42,844 nucleotides of DNA. It comes from Candidatus Omnitrophota bacterium (GTDB lineage Bacteria > Omnitrophota > Gorgyraeia > Duberdicusellales > 4484-171). How positions within the stretch are numbered: the stretch's first letter is position 1; every line of letters begins with the position of its first letter. The stretch lies in assembly GCA_003565945.1 (NCBI GenBank), contig PXAH01000096.1, forward strand, positions 1 to 42,844. Reading direction: 5' to 3'. A program made the position numbers and the translations under genes. Positions 15,067-23,947 of this stretch are shown one piece after another. The notes below the pieces were generated by a model. The model was given only the letters and a program-made list of their open reading frames with translations. It ran no database searches and was not told the origin of the DNA.

Positions 15067-16434
15067 ATGAATTTAAAAAAGGTGCATTTAATCGGGATTG
15101 GTGGAGCTGGAATGAGTGGCTTAGCTTGCATTTTGCAGGATAGGGGGTTTTTAGTACAGGGGTCGGATATTGCCGATAGCCCTAAAATAGAGATGTTGAG
15201 AAAGAGGGGAATAAAGACCTATATTGGCCATAGGGAAAGTAATCTTTCCGATGATGTTTCTCTTGTTTGTTACTCTTCGGCTGTTGGGCCAGATAATAGT
15301 GAATTAAGCGGTGCGGCCAAGAAAGGGGTAGAAATTATAAAAAGGGGAAAGCTTCTGGCTTCTTTGTGCCAAGGTACAAAAATTATTGCTGTAGCCGGCA
15401 GTCACGGCAAGACCACAGTGGTTTCTTTATTGAGTTATCTTTTTAGAAAAGCGGGATTAAGCCCTACAGTTTTTATTGGCGGCTTGCCCGTGGATGGTTC
15501 TTTATCCGCTGCTTGGGGGCAAGGCTTTTCCATAATAGAAACTGATGAAAGTGACGGTACTTTTCTTGATTACCAGCCTTACCTATCGGTTATTACCAAT
15601 ATCGACAAAGAGCATCTTAATTATTATAAGAATTTAGCCAACTTGCGGAAATCTTTTTTATCTTTTGCCCAAAGCACTGAGGCAAAAGTTTTTGGCTGTG
15701 CCGATGATCTTAAAGTCAAGCAAATAATAGATAAAGTGGGCGGTTTTTCTTTCGGCCTGAACTCCGGCAGCGGCTTGAGAGCCAAAAATATAAAATTATC
15801 GGGAAATTTTAGTTATTTTGATTTGTTTAAAAACCGAAAATTTTGTTTTCCGGTGAAAGTTCCTCTTGCCGGAATCCATAACTGCTTAAATGTATTGGCT
15901 GCTTTAAGTGTAATTGATTATCTGGAGATTGGCCTTGAAGAAGCTAAGAAAAATCTGGTTGGCTTCAAAGGTACAAAGAGGCGTTTTCAGCTGAAGGCAG
16001 ATTGCTTTGGGGTAACTTTTATAGATGATTACGCGCACCATCCCACTGAAATTAAGGCTGCTTTAGAGGCGGCTACGTCCTTGGGTAAAAGATTGTTGGT
16101 GGTTTTACAGCCACACAGGCCCTCAAGGGTTGAAGCACTTTTTAAGGAGTTTTCAGGCTGCCTGGAGAGGGCGGATTTAGCTGTAGTAACTGATATCTAT
16201 AGTGCGTCTGAATCTTGCCAGGGGAGCTTAAGCGGTTTGGAGCTAGCCAAGGCTATGCGGGGTAAATACCTCCAGAGGGCTCTTTATATCAAAAAAGAGG
16301 AATTGGCATTAAAAATCCCCGGGATGATTAGAGAGGGTGATGTGGTCATTGGCCTTGGGGCCGGGGATATAAACAAAGAAATGAGTAAAATTGTTTATGC
16401 GTTTAAAAAAAATAGGCGTCAAAGAAAATATTAA
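15067..16434 (+). CDS. murC: UDP-MurNAc--L-alanine ligase
   Basis: HLIGIGGAGMSGLA, GSD, AGSHGKTT, ETDESDG, TNID.EHL, G..RRF, DDYAHHPTE, QPHR, GAGDI; ATG 15067 preferred over GTG 15034. Confidence 0.96.
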   Translation: MNLKKVHLIGIGGAGMSGLACILQDRGFLVQGSDIADSPKIEMLRKRGIKTYIGHRESNLSDDVSLVCYSSAVGPDNSELSGAAKKGVEIIKRGKLLASLCQGTKIIAVAGSHGKTTVVSLLSYLFRKAGLSPTVFIGGLPVDGSLSAAWGQGFSIIETDESDGTFLDYQPYLSVITNIDKEHLNYYKNLANLRKSFLSFAQSTEAKVFGCADDLKVKQIIDKVGGFSFGLNSGSGLRAKNIKLSGNFSYFDLFKNRKFCFPVKVPLAGIHNCLNVLAALSVIDYLEIGLEEAKKNLVGFKGTKRRFQLKADCFGVTFIDDYAHHPTEIKAALEAATSLGKRLLVVLQPHRPSRVEALFKEFSGCLERADLAVVTDIYSASESCQGSLSGLELAKAMRGKYLQRALYIKKEELALKIPGMIREGDVVIGLGAGDINKEMSKIVYAFKKNRRQRKY

Positions 16435-17257
16435 TCTAGGTGCCCTTACATCCTTAAAGATAGGAGGAAAAGCCAGGTATTTTTACTTGGCTGAAAATAT
16501 AGAGGCATTAAGGAATCTGCTTCAGAAATTAAAAGATTATTTTTATCTTTTGGGTAATGGATCAAATCTGCTTATCAAAGACAAAGTAATAAGGAATCCG
16601 GTTATAAGATTGGGGCAAGGCTTTAAAGGGGTTACTTCCGCTTGTGGGTTGCTGGAGGTAGGGTCTTCAACTTTGCTTTCTTTTTTGATACAATATTGTG
16701 TTCAAAATGATTTAGCCGGGCTAGAAGGGTTGGCCGGGATGCCCGCGACAATCGGGGGGATGCTTGCTTCGAACGCTTCTTCTTTCGGGGTGAGTATTTT
16801 TGATTGTTTGGAAGAAGTTGAATGTGTAGATGCCCGCGGTGATATTTTACGAATTAAAAAAAATGAGATAAATTATAGTTACCGCTGTTCTAGCCTTAAA
16901 GATAAAATAGTTTTAAAGGCTTATTTTCGGTTTTTACCGGGAAGAGGTAAGGTTAGAAAAAATGTTCAAAAAATAACCGAAGACCGCTGGAGGTTGCAGG
17001 ACTTTTCTTTTCCTAGTTGCGGGTCAGTCTTTAAAAATCCTTCTGAATTTGTGGCAGCAGGAAAGTTAATTGAGGAGGCCGGGTTCAAAGGAAAGGAGAA
17101 AGGACGTATAAGGGTTTCCGAAAAGCACGCTAATTTTATTTTGAATCTAGGCGGGGGTAAATATAAAGATGCTGACTATTTAATCAAAAAGATGAAAGAC
17201 TCTGTTTATAAAAGAGAGAGGATTATTCTAGAAGAAGAAATAGAGAGATGGACTTAA
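16397..17257 (+). CDS. murB: UDP-N-acetylenolpyruvoylglucosamine reductase
   Basis: T..KIGG.A, LGNGSNLL, GLEGLAGMPATIGG, YR.S, SCGSVFKNP, AGKLIE, SEKHANF. Confidence 0.95.
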   Translation: MRLKKIGVKENINLGALTSLKIGGKARYFYLAENIEALRNLLQKLKDYFYLLGNGSNLLIKDKVIRNPVIRLGQGFKGVTSACGLLEVGSSTLLSFLIQYCVQNDLAGLEGLAGMPATIGGMLASNASSFGVSIFDCLEEVECVDARGDILRIKKNEINYSYRCSSLKDKIVLKAYFRFLPGRGKVRKNVQKITEDRWRLQDFSFPSCGSVFKNPSEFVAAGKLIEEAGFKGKEKGRIRVSEKHANFILNLGGGKYKDADYLIKKMKDSVYKRERIILEEEIERWT

Positions 17258-18210
17258 AAGTTATTAGAGTAGGTGTTTTAGCCGGGGGGGTCTCTGAAGA
17301 AAGGGAAATTTCTTTGCTTTCAGGCAAGCAGGTTTTTTCTTCTTTGCGGCAGGGAGGGGTTAGGGCTGTTTTGATAGACTTAAAAAGTTCAAGACAGGAT
17401 CAAATCAAGAAAATTATCAAAAAAGAAAAAATAGATTTAGCTTTTATTGCTTTGCACGGTGCTTTTGGAGAAGACGGGAGCCTGCAGTGCATCTTAGAGA
17501 AGCTTTCTTTAGCCTATACCGGATCTAATCCGGAAGCAAGCCGTTTAGCTATGGATAAAATTGCTTCTAAAAAAAGGTTTAAGCAAGAAGGGGTACCGGT
17601 TGCCGGTTTTCAGATTTTTTCCGGTGAAAAAAAGGAGGGGCAAAGTTCTAATAATTTTCCTTCTTGCTTTCCGGTCGTAGTAAAACCTAATTCTTCTGGT
17701 TCAAGTTTTGGGGTTTCGATTGTTAAAAATAAAGATAATTTTTGGCCGGCTGTCAAAAGTGCTTTCAACTTCAGTAATACGGTTATTGCTGAAGATTATA
17801 TAGAAGGCCCGGAGTTAACGGTAGGTATTCTAAATGATAAACCTTTAGCTGTGGTTGAGATTATTCCCAAGGGGGAATATTTTGATTTTGAGAATAAATA
17901 TACTGCAGGCAGTTCTAATTTTATTGTGCCGGCCAAGCTTGAGCCTCGGGTGTATAAAAGGGTACAAGAAGTAGCTCAAGCTGCCCACAAGGCTTTGGGT
18001 TGCCGTGATTTTTCAAGAGTAGACATAAAACTTAAAGGTAAAATCCCCTATGTTCTTGAAATTAACTCAATACCGGGGTTTACTTCCAAAAGTTTACTTC
18101 CGCTTTCAGCTTCAGCTTGCGGGATAGATTTTAAAAAAATGATTCAAATTATCATGGGGAGTGCTCTAGCAAGAAGCAGAGTGCAAGCCGGCGGGAACTT
18201 GCCGGTTTAA
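17248..18210 (+). CDS. ddl: D-alanine--D-alanine ligase
   Basis: GG.SEEREISL.SG, LHGAFGEDG, MDK..SK, VVKP..SGSS.G, FD..NKY, RVD, LEINSIPG.T. Confidence 0.96.
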   Translation: MDLKVIRVGVLAGGVSEEREISLLSGKQVFSSLRQGGVRAVLIDLKSSRQDQIKKIIKKEKIDLAFIALHGAFGEDGSLQCILEKLSLAYTGSNPEASRLAMDKIASKKRFKQEGVPVAGFQIFSGEKKEGQSSNNFPSCFPVVVKPNSSGSSFGVSIVKNKDNFWPAVKSAFNFSNTVIAEDYIEGPELTVGILNDKPLAVVEIIPKGEYFDFENKYTAGSSNFIVPAKLEPRVYKRVQEVAQAAHKALGCRDFSRVDIKLKGKIPYVLEINSIPGFTSKSLLPLSASACGIDFKKMIQIIMGSALARSRVQAGGNLPV

Positions 18211-18290
18211 ATAATAGATAGTGTAGCCCGCAAGAGCTTAGAGCCTGCTAACCTTTGACAGCAAGCAGCCACCAATAAGGAGTTTTCATT

Positions 18291-19142
18291 ATGCCTAGAA
18301 GAAAAAAAAGAAGGAAAAAGAGGTTAAAATCAAAAGATAAACGTTTAAGGTTTTTCACGCCTAAGTTTTTTGTTTGGCTTTTTTCAGCTTTAGTTGGGGC
18401 GGGCATAATTTGGTTGGCCGGGTATAAAACTTACACTTCAGCTTTTTTTCTTATTAACCCTGATAATGTTCACTCAGAAATTGAATTAAACAGAAACATA
18501 GTAAGTAAAATAGAAAATAAATCTATTTTTTCTGTGAACCCAGCCTTAATTTATTCAGAAATCAAAGAAAGCTATCCGGAATATAAAGATATAGCCGTAA
18601 CTAAGATTTTTCCCAATGCTTTAGAGGTTAAAGCAAAGAAACGAGAGCCGCTAGTCCAGGTAAATGGCCGGGAATTTTATTTGGTTGATGACCAGGGAGT
18701 AGTTATCGGTAAAAATAGAGTTAGGCATTTTCAGGAGTTTCCGGCGATAGAAGGTATCCTCAACAACCTACACCTCAATCTAGGAGATAATGTTTTTGAG
18801 AAAGCGAAGGAAAACGATAAAAGCCAGAGCTTGAAGGCCGCCTTTAGGTTAATTCTTTCTGCGGAAGAACAAAATCTATTAGAGAAAATAAATTCTTTGG
18901 ATGAATCTTATCGGTTCAAGTTAAGTTCGGTTAATTTTTTACTGCCTCAAACGGTTTATTTTTATTTGGTAAACGATGACTCCTCCGGTAACCGGATCAA
19001 GGTCATAATAAACGAAAATGAGGTAGAAGAAAAAGTAGGGCTTCTGGCTCAGTTGATGGCAGATAAATTAAAAGATAAGGTTTCTTTACTTCAGTATATT
19101 GATTTTCGTTTTCAAAAAGTTGTGGTTGGTTTTAGAAGATAA
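18291..19142 (+). CDS. ftsQ: cell division protein FtsQ/DivIB-like
   Basis: RBS AAGGAG; basic N-terminus, one TM, 'K.FPN.L.V...R.P', 'LVD..G.V', C-terminal YIDFRF; follows ddl. Confidence 0.8.
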   Translation: MPRRKKRRKKRLKSKDKRLRFFTPKFFVWLFSALVGAGIIWLAGYKTYTSAFFLINPDNVHSEIELNRNIVSKIENKSIFSVNPALIYSEIKESYPEYKDIAVTKIFPNALEVKAKKREPLVQVNGREFYLVDDQGVVIGKNRVRHFQEFPAIEGILNNLHLNLGDNVFEKAKENDKSQSLKAAFRLILSAEEQNLLEKINSLDESYRFKLSSVNFLLPQTVYFYLVNDDSSGNRIKVIINENEVEEKVGLLAQLMADKLKDKVSLLQYIDFRFQKVVVGFRR

Positions 19143-19144
19143 CT

Positions 19145-20290
19145 ATGCGGGGTATTTGCGGAATTGTTTTAGAAGAGGATAAAGCTTTCCTTTCTTTTTC
19201 AGGCTTGAAAAAGAAAAGTTTCATTTTTTTTCGGGAAAAACAAATATCACTATCGGTAAGTGATGATTTTATCAGGCGTCTGAAAATAAATGCCGCGGCT
19301 ATAGATGAGGCAATAAGCAGTTTTGAGAAAGAAAATTCTTTAGGGGTTGACCAGATATTTATTGAGTTACCTGCCGGATTGCTTCAGGAAAAGGAAATAG
19401 CCGAAAGAATTGTTTTAGCAAAAAGAAAAAGAATTAGGCCCGCGGACATAGAGGCAGGCAAAAAATATATTGAAAATAAATTTTTGGAATGGGATGAGCG
19501 CTGTCTGCACCATCTTATTTTAGATTATCAAACTGAAGGCATAAAGTATGAATCTCCTCCCTTAGGCCTATTAACTGATAAATTAAAGCTAAATTCTCTG
19601 CTTTTTTATATAAAAGATAATCTTTATAAAGAGGCAGCGGATATTTTTTATAATTTAGAAAGAAATTTTGCCGGATTCGTCGCTCACAAATTAAGTTCAT
19701 TCTCTCAGGGTTTTAAGCGGATTCAAAAAAATCAAATTTTAATCAGCGTTAATAATGATAAAACATACACTCAAATAAGAGATGAAAAAGGAAGGATTAA
19801 AGAAGAGAGCTCTGGTTTTAGTATTGCGGGGATAATTGATCAATTATCCAGCCAATACGCGGTTACACCGGCTTTGGCAGAAGAATTACTGGAGAGATAC
19901 GGCACCTTTAAAGTAATTCCTTATTTTAAAGAAGTGTCAGTTAAAAAAGATGATAGCTATCTGAATATAAGCGTTAAAGCTCTTGCTGATTTTCTGAAAA
20001 AAATTTTCTCCGAGCAGTCTAAAGGCATACTTGAGAAAGTGTTGAAGGCTGATTCGCTAAACGAAGAAAAGGCAACTTTTTCTTTTATTGGCCCTCTTTC
20101 AGTTAAAGAAGGTTTTTACGGTTACGTTAAGGATTTGTTGCCTTATCGGCTTGAAGTTCCAACTTATAAATGCAGGTCTTCTTCTCTTGGCTGTGCTAGG
20201 TATGGAGCTTTACGGCCATTGGAGGAGATTCACCGGAGGGATATCTCCTTTTTAGGTAAACTAAAAAAAATTTACCGTGAATACTTTTAA
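19145..20290 (+). CDS. ftsA: highly divergent FtsA-like protein
   Basis: Position after ftsQ; 381 aa; residual FtsA-like segments (HH.I.DY...PPLG, AEELLERYG) and a C-terminal amphipathic helix FLGKLKKIYREYF; nucleotide-binding motifs not recognisable. Confidence 0.6.
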   Translation: MRGICGIVLEEDKAFLSFSGLKKKSFIFFREKQISLSVSDDFIRRLKINAAAIDEAISSFEKENSLGVDQIFIELPAGLLQEKEIAERIVLAKRKRIRPADIEAGKKYIENKFLEWDERCLHHLILDYQTEGIKYESPPLGLLTDKLKLNSLLFYIKDNLYKEAADIFYNLERNFAGFVAHKLSSFSQGFKRIQKNQILISVNNDKTYTQIRDEKGRIKEESSGFSIAGIIDQLSSQYAVTPALAEELLERYGTFKVIPYFKEVSVKKDDSYLNISVKALADFLKKIFSEQSKGILEKVLKADSLNEEKATFSFIGPLSVKEGFYGYVKDLLPYRLEVPTYKCRSSSLGCARYGALRPLEEIHRRDISFLGKLKKIYREYF

Positions 20291-21746
20291 AATACCTAAA
20301 ATACTTTTAATTTTTATAAGCGGCTTGGCTACTGCCTTGGCTTTTCTTTTTCCGGGCCTTTCCTTTTTGGTTTGGTTTTGCCTGGTTCCGCTTCTTTTTT
20401 TACTGCCGGGAAAAATTTCCTTTGGGAAAATACTTCTTTTTCTTTTTTTTGGCCTCATTTATTATGGTATGTCGATTTACTGGATAACTCAGGTAAGCTT
20501 TTTGGGTTTTGTTCTTTTGGTTTTTTATCTAGCTTCTTTTTGCCTTCTTTTTTATTTTCTTGGTAATTTTTTTATTCAAAAGCCTTTAAGGTGGTTATCT
20601 ATACCAGCGGCTTGGGTAGTAATTGAATTTCTTAAAGAGATTATTTGGTGCGGTTTTGGCTGGAATAACTTGGGTTATTCACAATTTAGGAATCTTTATT
20701 TAATCCAGATTGCTGACATCGGCGGAACAAAGATGATTAGTTTTCTAATCGTATTGGTAAATTTTTTAATCTGGGAAGGGTTAAGTTCTTGTATAAACAA
20801 AAAGAAATCTTACAAAGTTTTTTTAAGAAACGGATTTTTCATTTTATTTATTTTAGGGGCAATGTCAGCCTATTCTTTTTTTCGCGTTCAACAAGTTCAG
20901 GCTAATCAAGGGGAAAAAATAAGTATTTCTTTAATTCAGCCTAATGTGTTGGCGCGGCAGCTCCTAGCCCAAAGAGAGAAAGAAGAAACTATAAGAGATC
21001 TAACTGATTTACTGAGGAATACTCCGGAGGAAAATTTAGTTATTTTTCCGGAGGCTGCCTGGCCGTTTACGCTTGAGGAAAAAGGTCTCAGCCGGCTTAT
21101 GAGCTTCGCGCAAGATGATAAACGAGATATTCTCATCGGTGTGGTTAACCAAAGAGAAGGAAAGTATTATAATTCAGCTTTTTTTATAAATCGGCGGGGA
21201 TTGGCTCAAGTATACGATAAGATAGTGCTTGTGCCTTTTGGTGAGTATGTTCCTCTGAGGATGTATTTAACCTTTATTGATGTTTTAAACCAAATAGGAG
21301 ATATCACTCCCGGAAAAGAGGTCAAAAAATTTAAATATAAAGGTAAGTCTTTTTCGGTTCTTATTTGTTTTGAGGATATTATCCCTCTTTTTACCGCCAG
21401 GGCCGCTGAAGGAAGAGATTTTTTAGTAAATATTACTGATGACAGCTGGTTTGGCGGTAATCCACAGGCATTTCAACATTTATCAATTATGGTGTTGCGT
21501 GCGGTAGAAAATAGGATTCCTATTGTTAGGTCCGCTAACAGCGGGATTAGCGGCTGGGTTTCACCTACTGGCTCTGTTCAGAAATTAAAAAAGGATTCAA
21601 AGAGTTTATTTGTACAAGCGGGAGGAGATTTTGATATCCCTACTTATAGCTTGAGAAGTTTTTATAATCAAAAAAGAGAGTGGTTAGTTTGGTTTTCCTT
21701 TATTTTTTTAGCAGTGGTAGCTTGGTGTAAAACAGGAAAAGAATGA
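20277..21746 (+). CDS. lnt: apolipoprotein N-acyltransferase
   Basis: Multi-TM N-terminus, GF.W..LGYSQ, QPN, FPEAA (E), YDK..LVPFGEYVP (K), LICFE (C), RAVENR...RSANSGIS. Confidence 0.95.
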   Translation: MNTFKIPKILLIFISGLATALAFLFPGLSFLVWFCLVPLLFLLPGKISFGKILLFLFFGLIYYGMSIYWITQVSFLGFVLLVFYLASFCLLFYFLGNFFIQKPLRWLSIPAAWVVIEFLKEIIWCGFGWNNLGYSQFRNLYLIQIADIGGTKMISFLIVLVNFLIWEGLSSCINKKKSYKVFLRNGFFILFILGAMSAYSFFRVQQVQANQGEKISISLIQPNVLARQLLAQREKEETIRDLTDLLRNTPEENLVIFPEAAWPFTLEEKGLSRLMSFAQDDKRDILIGVVNQREGKYYNSAFFINRRGLAQVYDKIVLVPFGEYVPLRMYLTFIDVLNQIGDITPGKEVKKFKYKGKSFSVLICFEDIIPLFTARAAEGRDFLVNITDDSWFGGNPQAFQHLSIMVLRAVENRIPIVRSANSGISGWVSPTGSVQKLKKDSKSLFVQAGGDFDIPTYSLRSFYNQKREWLVWFSFIFLAVVAWCKTGKE

Positions 21747-22675
21747 TGGCAAAAAAAGAAACAAAGAAAACAATTCAAAGAAGGGCAGGCCTTTTTTTTA
21801 TAAAACTTTTTACTTTAGTTTGCGGGTTAGTCCCTCTTGGAGTTAATATTTTTTTCGGTAAGGTTTTTGGAGTTATGGTTTACTGGTCTTTGCGGCGTCA
21901 TCGCCGTGCTTCTATAGAGAGTTTGTCTATAGCTTTTCCTGAGATATCTTTTGTAGCCAGAAAAAAGCTTACCAAAAAGTTTTTTATTTTTATGGTAGAG
22001 GGAGGCTTTGAGCTGCTTTACTATCTTAAAAACGCGGATAAAATTAAACGGGTAGTCAAGATTAAGGGGAAAAGATTTTTGGATAAAGCTTTGGCCAGAG
22101 GGAAGGGAGTGATTTTAGTAACTGCTCATTATGGTAACTTTCCTTTGATGAGTTTGCGCTTGGCCGCTGAAGGCTATCCGGTTCATTTTGTAGCCAGGCC
22201 AATGCGTGATAAGTACGCCGAAGGCCATTTTGATAGGTTAAGGACCCAAGCCGGGGTAAAAACTATTTCAGCTTATCCGCGCAAAGCCTGTGTTTCCGGG
22301 ATAATTAACGCTCTAGCTAAAAATGAAATTGTTATAATCCAAATGGACCAAAATTTCGGGACAGGCGGGGTTTGGGTAGATTTTTTCGGAAAATTAGCAG
22401 CTACTCCCACTGGCCCGATAGTGCTTTCTTTGCGTACAAGGGCTGCTCTTGTTCCGTCTTATATCAGTCAAGTCCAAGGCCGGAAACATATAGTTAATAT
22501 TTTCCCTGAAGAAGAATTGTCCTTACTTGAAAATAAGGAGAAAACTATTTTAACTAACGCGGCTAAGTTCACTAAAATTATCGAAGGGTGGATAAGAGAG
22601 GAGCCTTATCAGTGGAGCTGGATTCATCGGCGTTGGAAATCCCGCCCGCCGAAAATGAACTCTCAAAAAAAGTAA
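21743..22675 (+). CDS. lipid A biosynthesis / lysophospholipid acyltransferase (LpxL/HtrB family)
   Basis: GKGVILVTAH.GN, DQ, V.FFG..A.T..GP, I...P.QW.W.HRRWK. Confidence 0.85.
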   Translation: MMAKKETKKTIQRRAGLFFIKLFTLVCGLVPLGVNIFFGKVFGVMVYWSLRRHRRASIESLSIAFPEISFVARKKLTKKFFIFMVEGGFELLYYLKNADKIKRVVKIKGKRFLDKALARGKGVILVTAHYGNFPLMSLRLAAEGYPVHFVARPMRDKYAEGHFDRLRTQAGVKTISAYPRKACVSGIINALAKNEIVIIQMDQNFGTGGVWVDFFGKLAATPTGPIVLSLRTRAALVPSYISQVQGRKHIVNIFPEEELSLLENKEKTILTNAAKFTKIIEGWIREEPYQWSWIHRRWKSRPPKMNSQKK

Positions 22676-22703
22676 AAATAATAAAATTAATAAAACAAAA
22701 CCC

Positions 22704-22732
22704 TTTACATAGAATAAAGGTGATGATAAAAT
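22704..22732 (+). promoter_or_regulatory. sigma70-type promoter with extended -10
   Basis: TTTACA (22704-22709), 17 nt, TG-a-TAAAAT (-10 at 22727-22732); RBS AGGGGAGG at 22771. Confidence 0.55.
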
Positions 22733-22782
22733 TAGAGAGTAATCAGTCAAAATAAATTTGAACTGAAAAAAGGGGAGGATTA

Positions 22783-23943
22783 ATGGATAAAGCAAAAATT
22801 TTTCCTGTCATTTTCATAATTATCATGTTGGCAGCCGCGGTTGTATGTTGGCATTTTTGGACAGAAAATGAAAAGTTGACTGAAAGTAACCAGCGCCTAC
22901 AGCAAATGACAAGAGAGCTTCAAGATGAAAAAGCCGAACTAGAACAAAGGCATCGAAGGGCGGCAGAAGAAAATAGGGTATTAAGCCAGCGAATGGACAG
23001 CATAAGAGACCAGCTTGCTAATATTGAAAGAGAAAGAGATAGTTTAAGAGATAGGTATCAGCGAGTTGTTGAAGAAAGAGATAGATTAACAGAACAGTTA
23101 AGTGAAAGGCCTCAGCCGCAGCAGGTTCGCAGGACAACTCCGTCTCCTGAGCATCGGGATGATGATTACTGGAGTGACTTTATCCAGGAAAAAGCTAAGC
23201 TGGAAGTTGAGCTAGAGCAATTTGAGCAGAGAATGCTTGACCTTCAAAGCGAAATGGCCCAGCTGCGTAAGGAAAATAGAGAGTTGAGCCTTAACATGGA
23301 TGAGCTCAAAAAGGAAAGAGAAAGGCTTGAACAAGATTTAAGGACAAGAGAAAGGGCTTTTCGGATAGCTAGTATGGATTTAGTCGCCGAACGCCAAAAA
23401 AGAGGCGAGGCAGTTGATGAGGTTCACAAGTTACGTAGAGAAACTACTGATCTTAAGCGTGAATTAGTGGTAACCAATGAACGCAAGAGCCGGGTGCAGA
23501 CTAGGCTTAAAGATGTTTTAGATGAAAGAAATACATTACAGCAAAAAATGGTTGAAGCTGAAAGTATCTTGAAAGAAAAGTCCTTAACCTTGGGAGACCT
23601 GCAGACAGGATTAAGCCGGACATTAAAAGAGGGTAGACAGGTTTCTGCCTTTGATCCTGGTTCTGTGGAGTTGCCGCCGATTGTAGTTAGGCCGCAAACC
23701 CCGGGATTAAGAGGCTTACGTGGAGAAGTTATCGCGGTTAATCCCCATGAAAGATTTGTAGTGCTTGATTTAGGAGAGGACTCAGGGGTTAGGCCGGGAG
23801 CCTTGTTAAGAGTTATGAGGGGAGAAAGAGAAATTGCTACGGTAGAAGTTATTGAGACAAGGCAAAGTATATCTGCTGCGGATATCAAAGAGGTTGTTGG
23901 CGGTTTTAATATTAGTGAAGGCGATATTGTAATCGCAAGATAG
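22783..23943 (+). CDS. membrane-anchored long coiled-coil protein with C-terminal beta domain
   Basis: N-terminal hydrophobic helix, ~270 aa of E/R/L/Q heptads, C-terminal 'GEVIAVN...FVVLDLG..SGV.PG' beta-rich domain; strong RBS. Confidence 0.8.
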   Translation: MDKAKIFPVIFIIIMLAAAVVCWHFWTENEKLTESNQRLQQMTRELQDEKAELEQRHRRAAEENRVLSQRMDSIRDQLANIERERDSLRDRYQRVVEERDRLTEQLSERPQPQQVRRTTPSPEHRDDDYWSDFIQEKAKLEVELEQFEQRMLDLQSEMAQLRKENRELSLNMDELKKERERLEQDLRTRERAFRIASMDLVAERQKRGEAVDEVHKLRRETTDLKRELVVTNERKSRVQTRLKDVLDERNTLQQKMVEAESILKEKSLTLGDLQTGLSRTLKEGRQVSAFDPGSVELPPIVVRPQTPGLRGLRGEVIAVNPHERFVVLDLGEDSGVRPGALLRVMRGEREIATVEVIETRQSISAADIKEVVGGFNISEGDIVIAR

Positions 23944-23947
23944 ATGC

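Noticed and set aside
17248-18210. D-Ala-D-Lac (vancomycin-resistance type) ligase
   Set aside because: Omega loop reads NKY (Tyr), typical of D-Ala-D-Ala ligases, and the gene sits in normal dcw context
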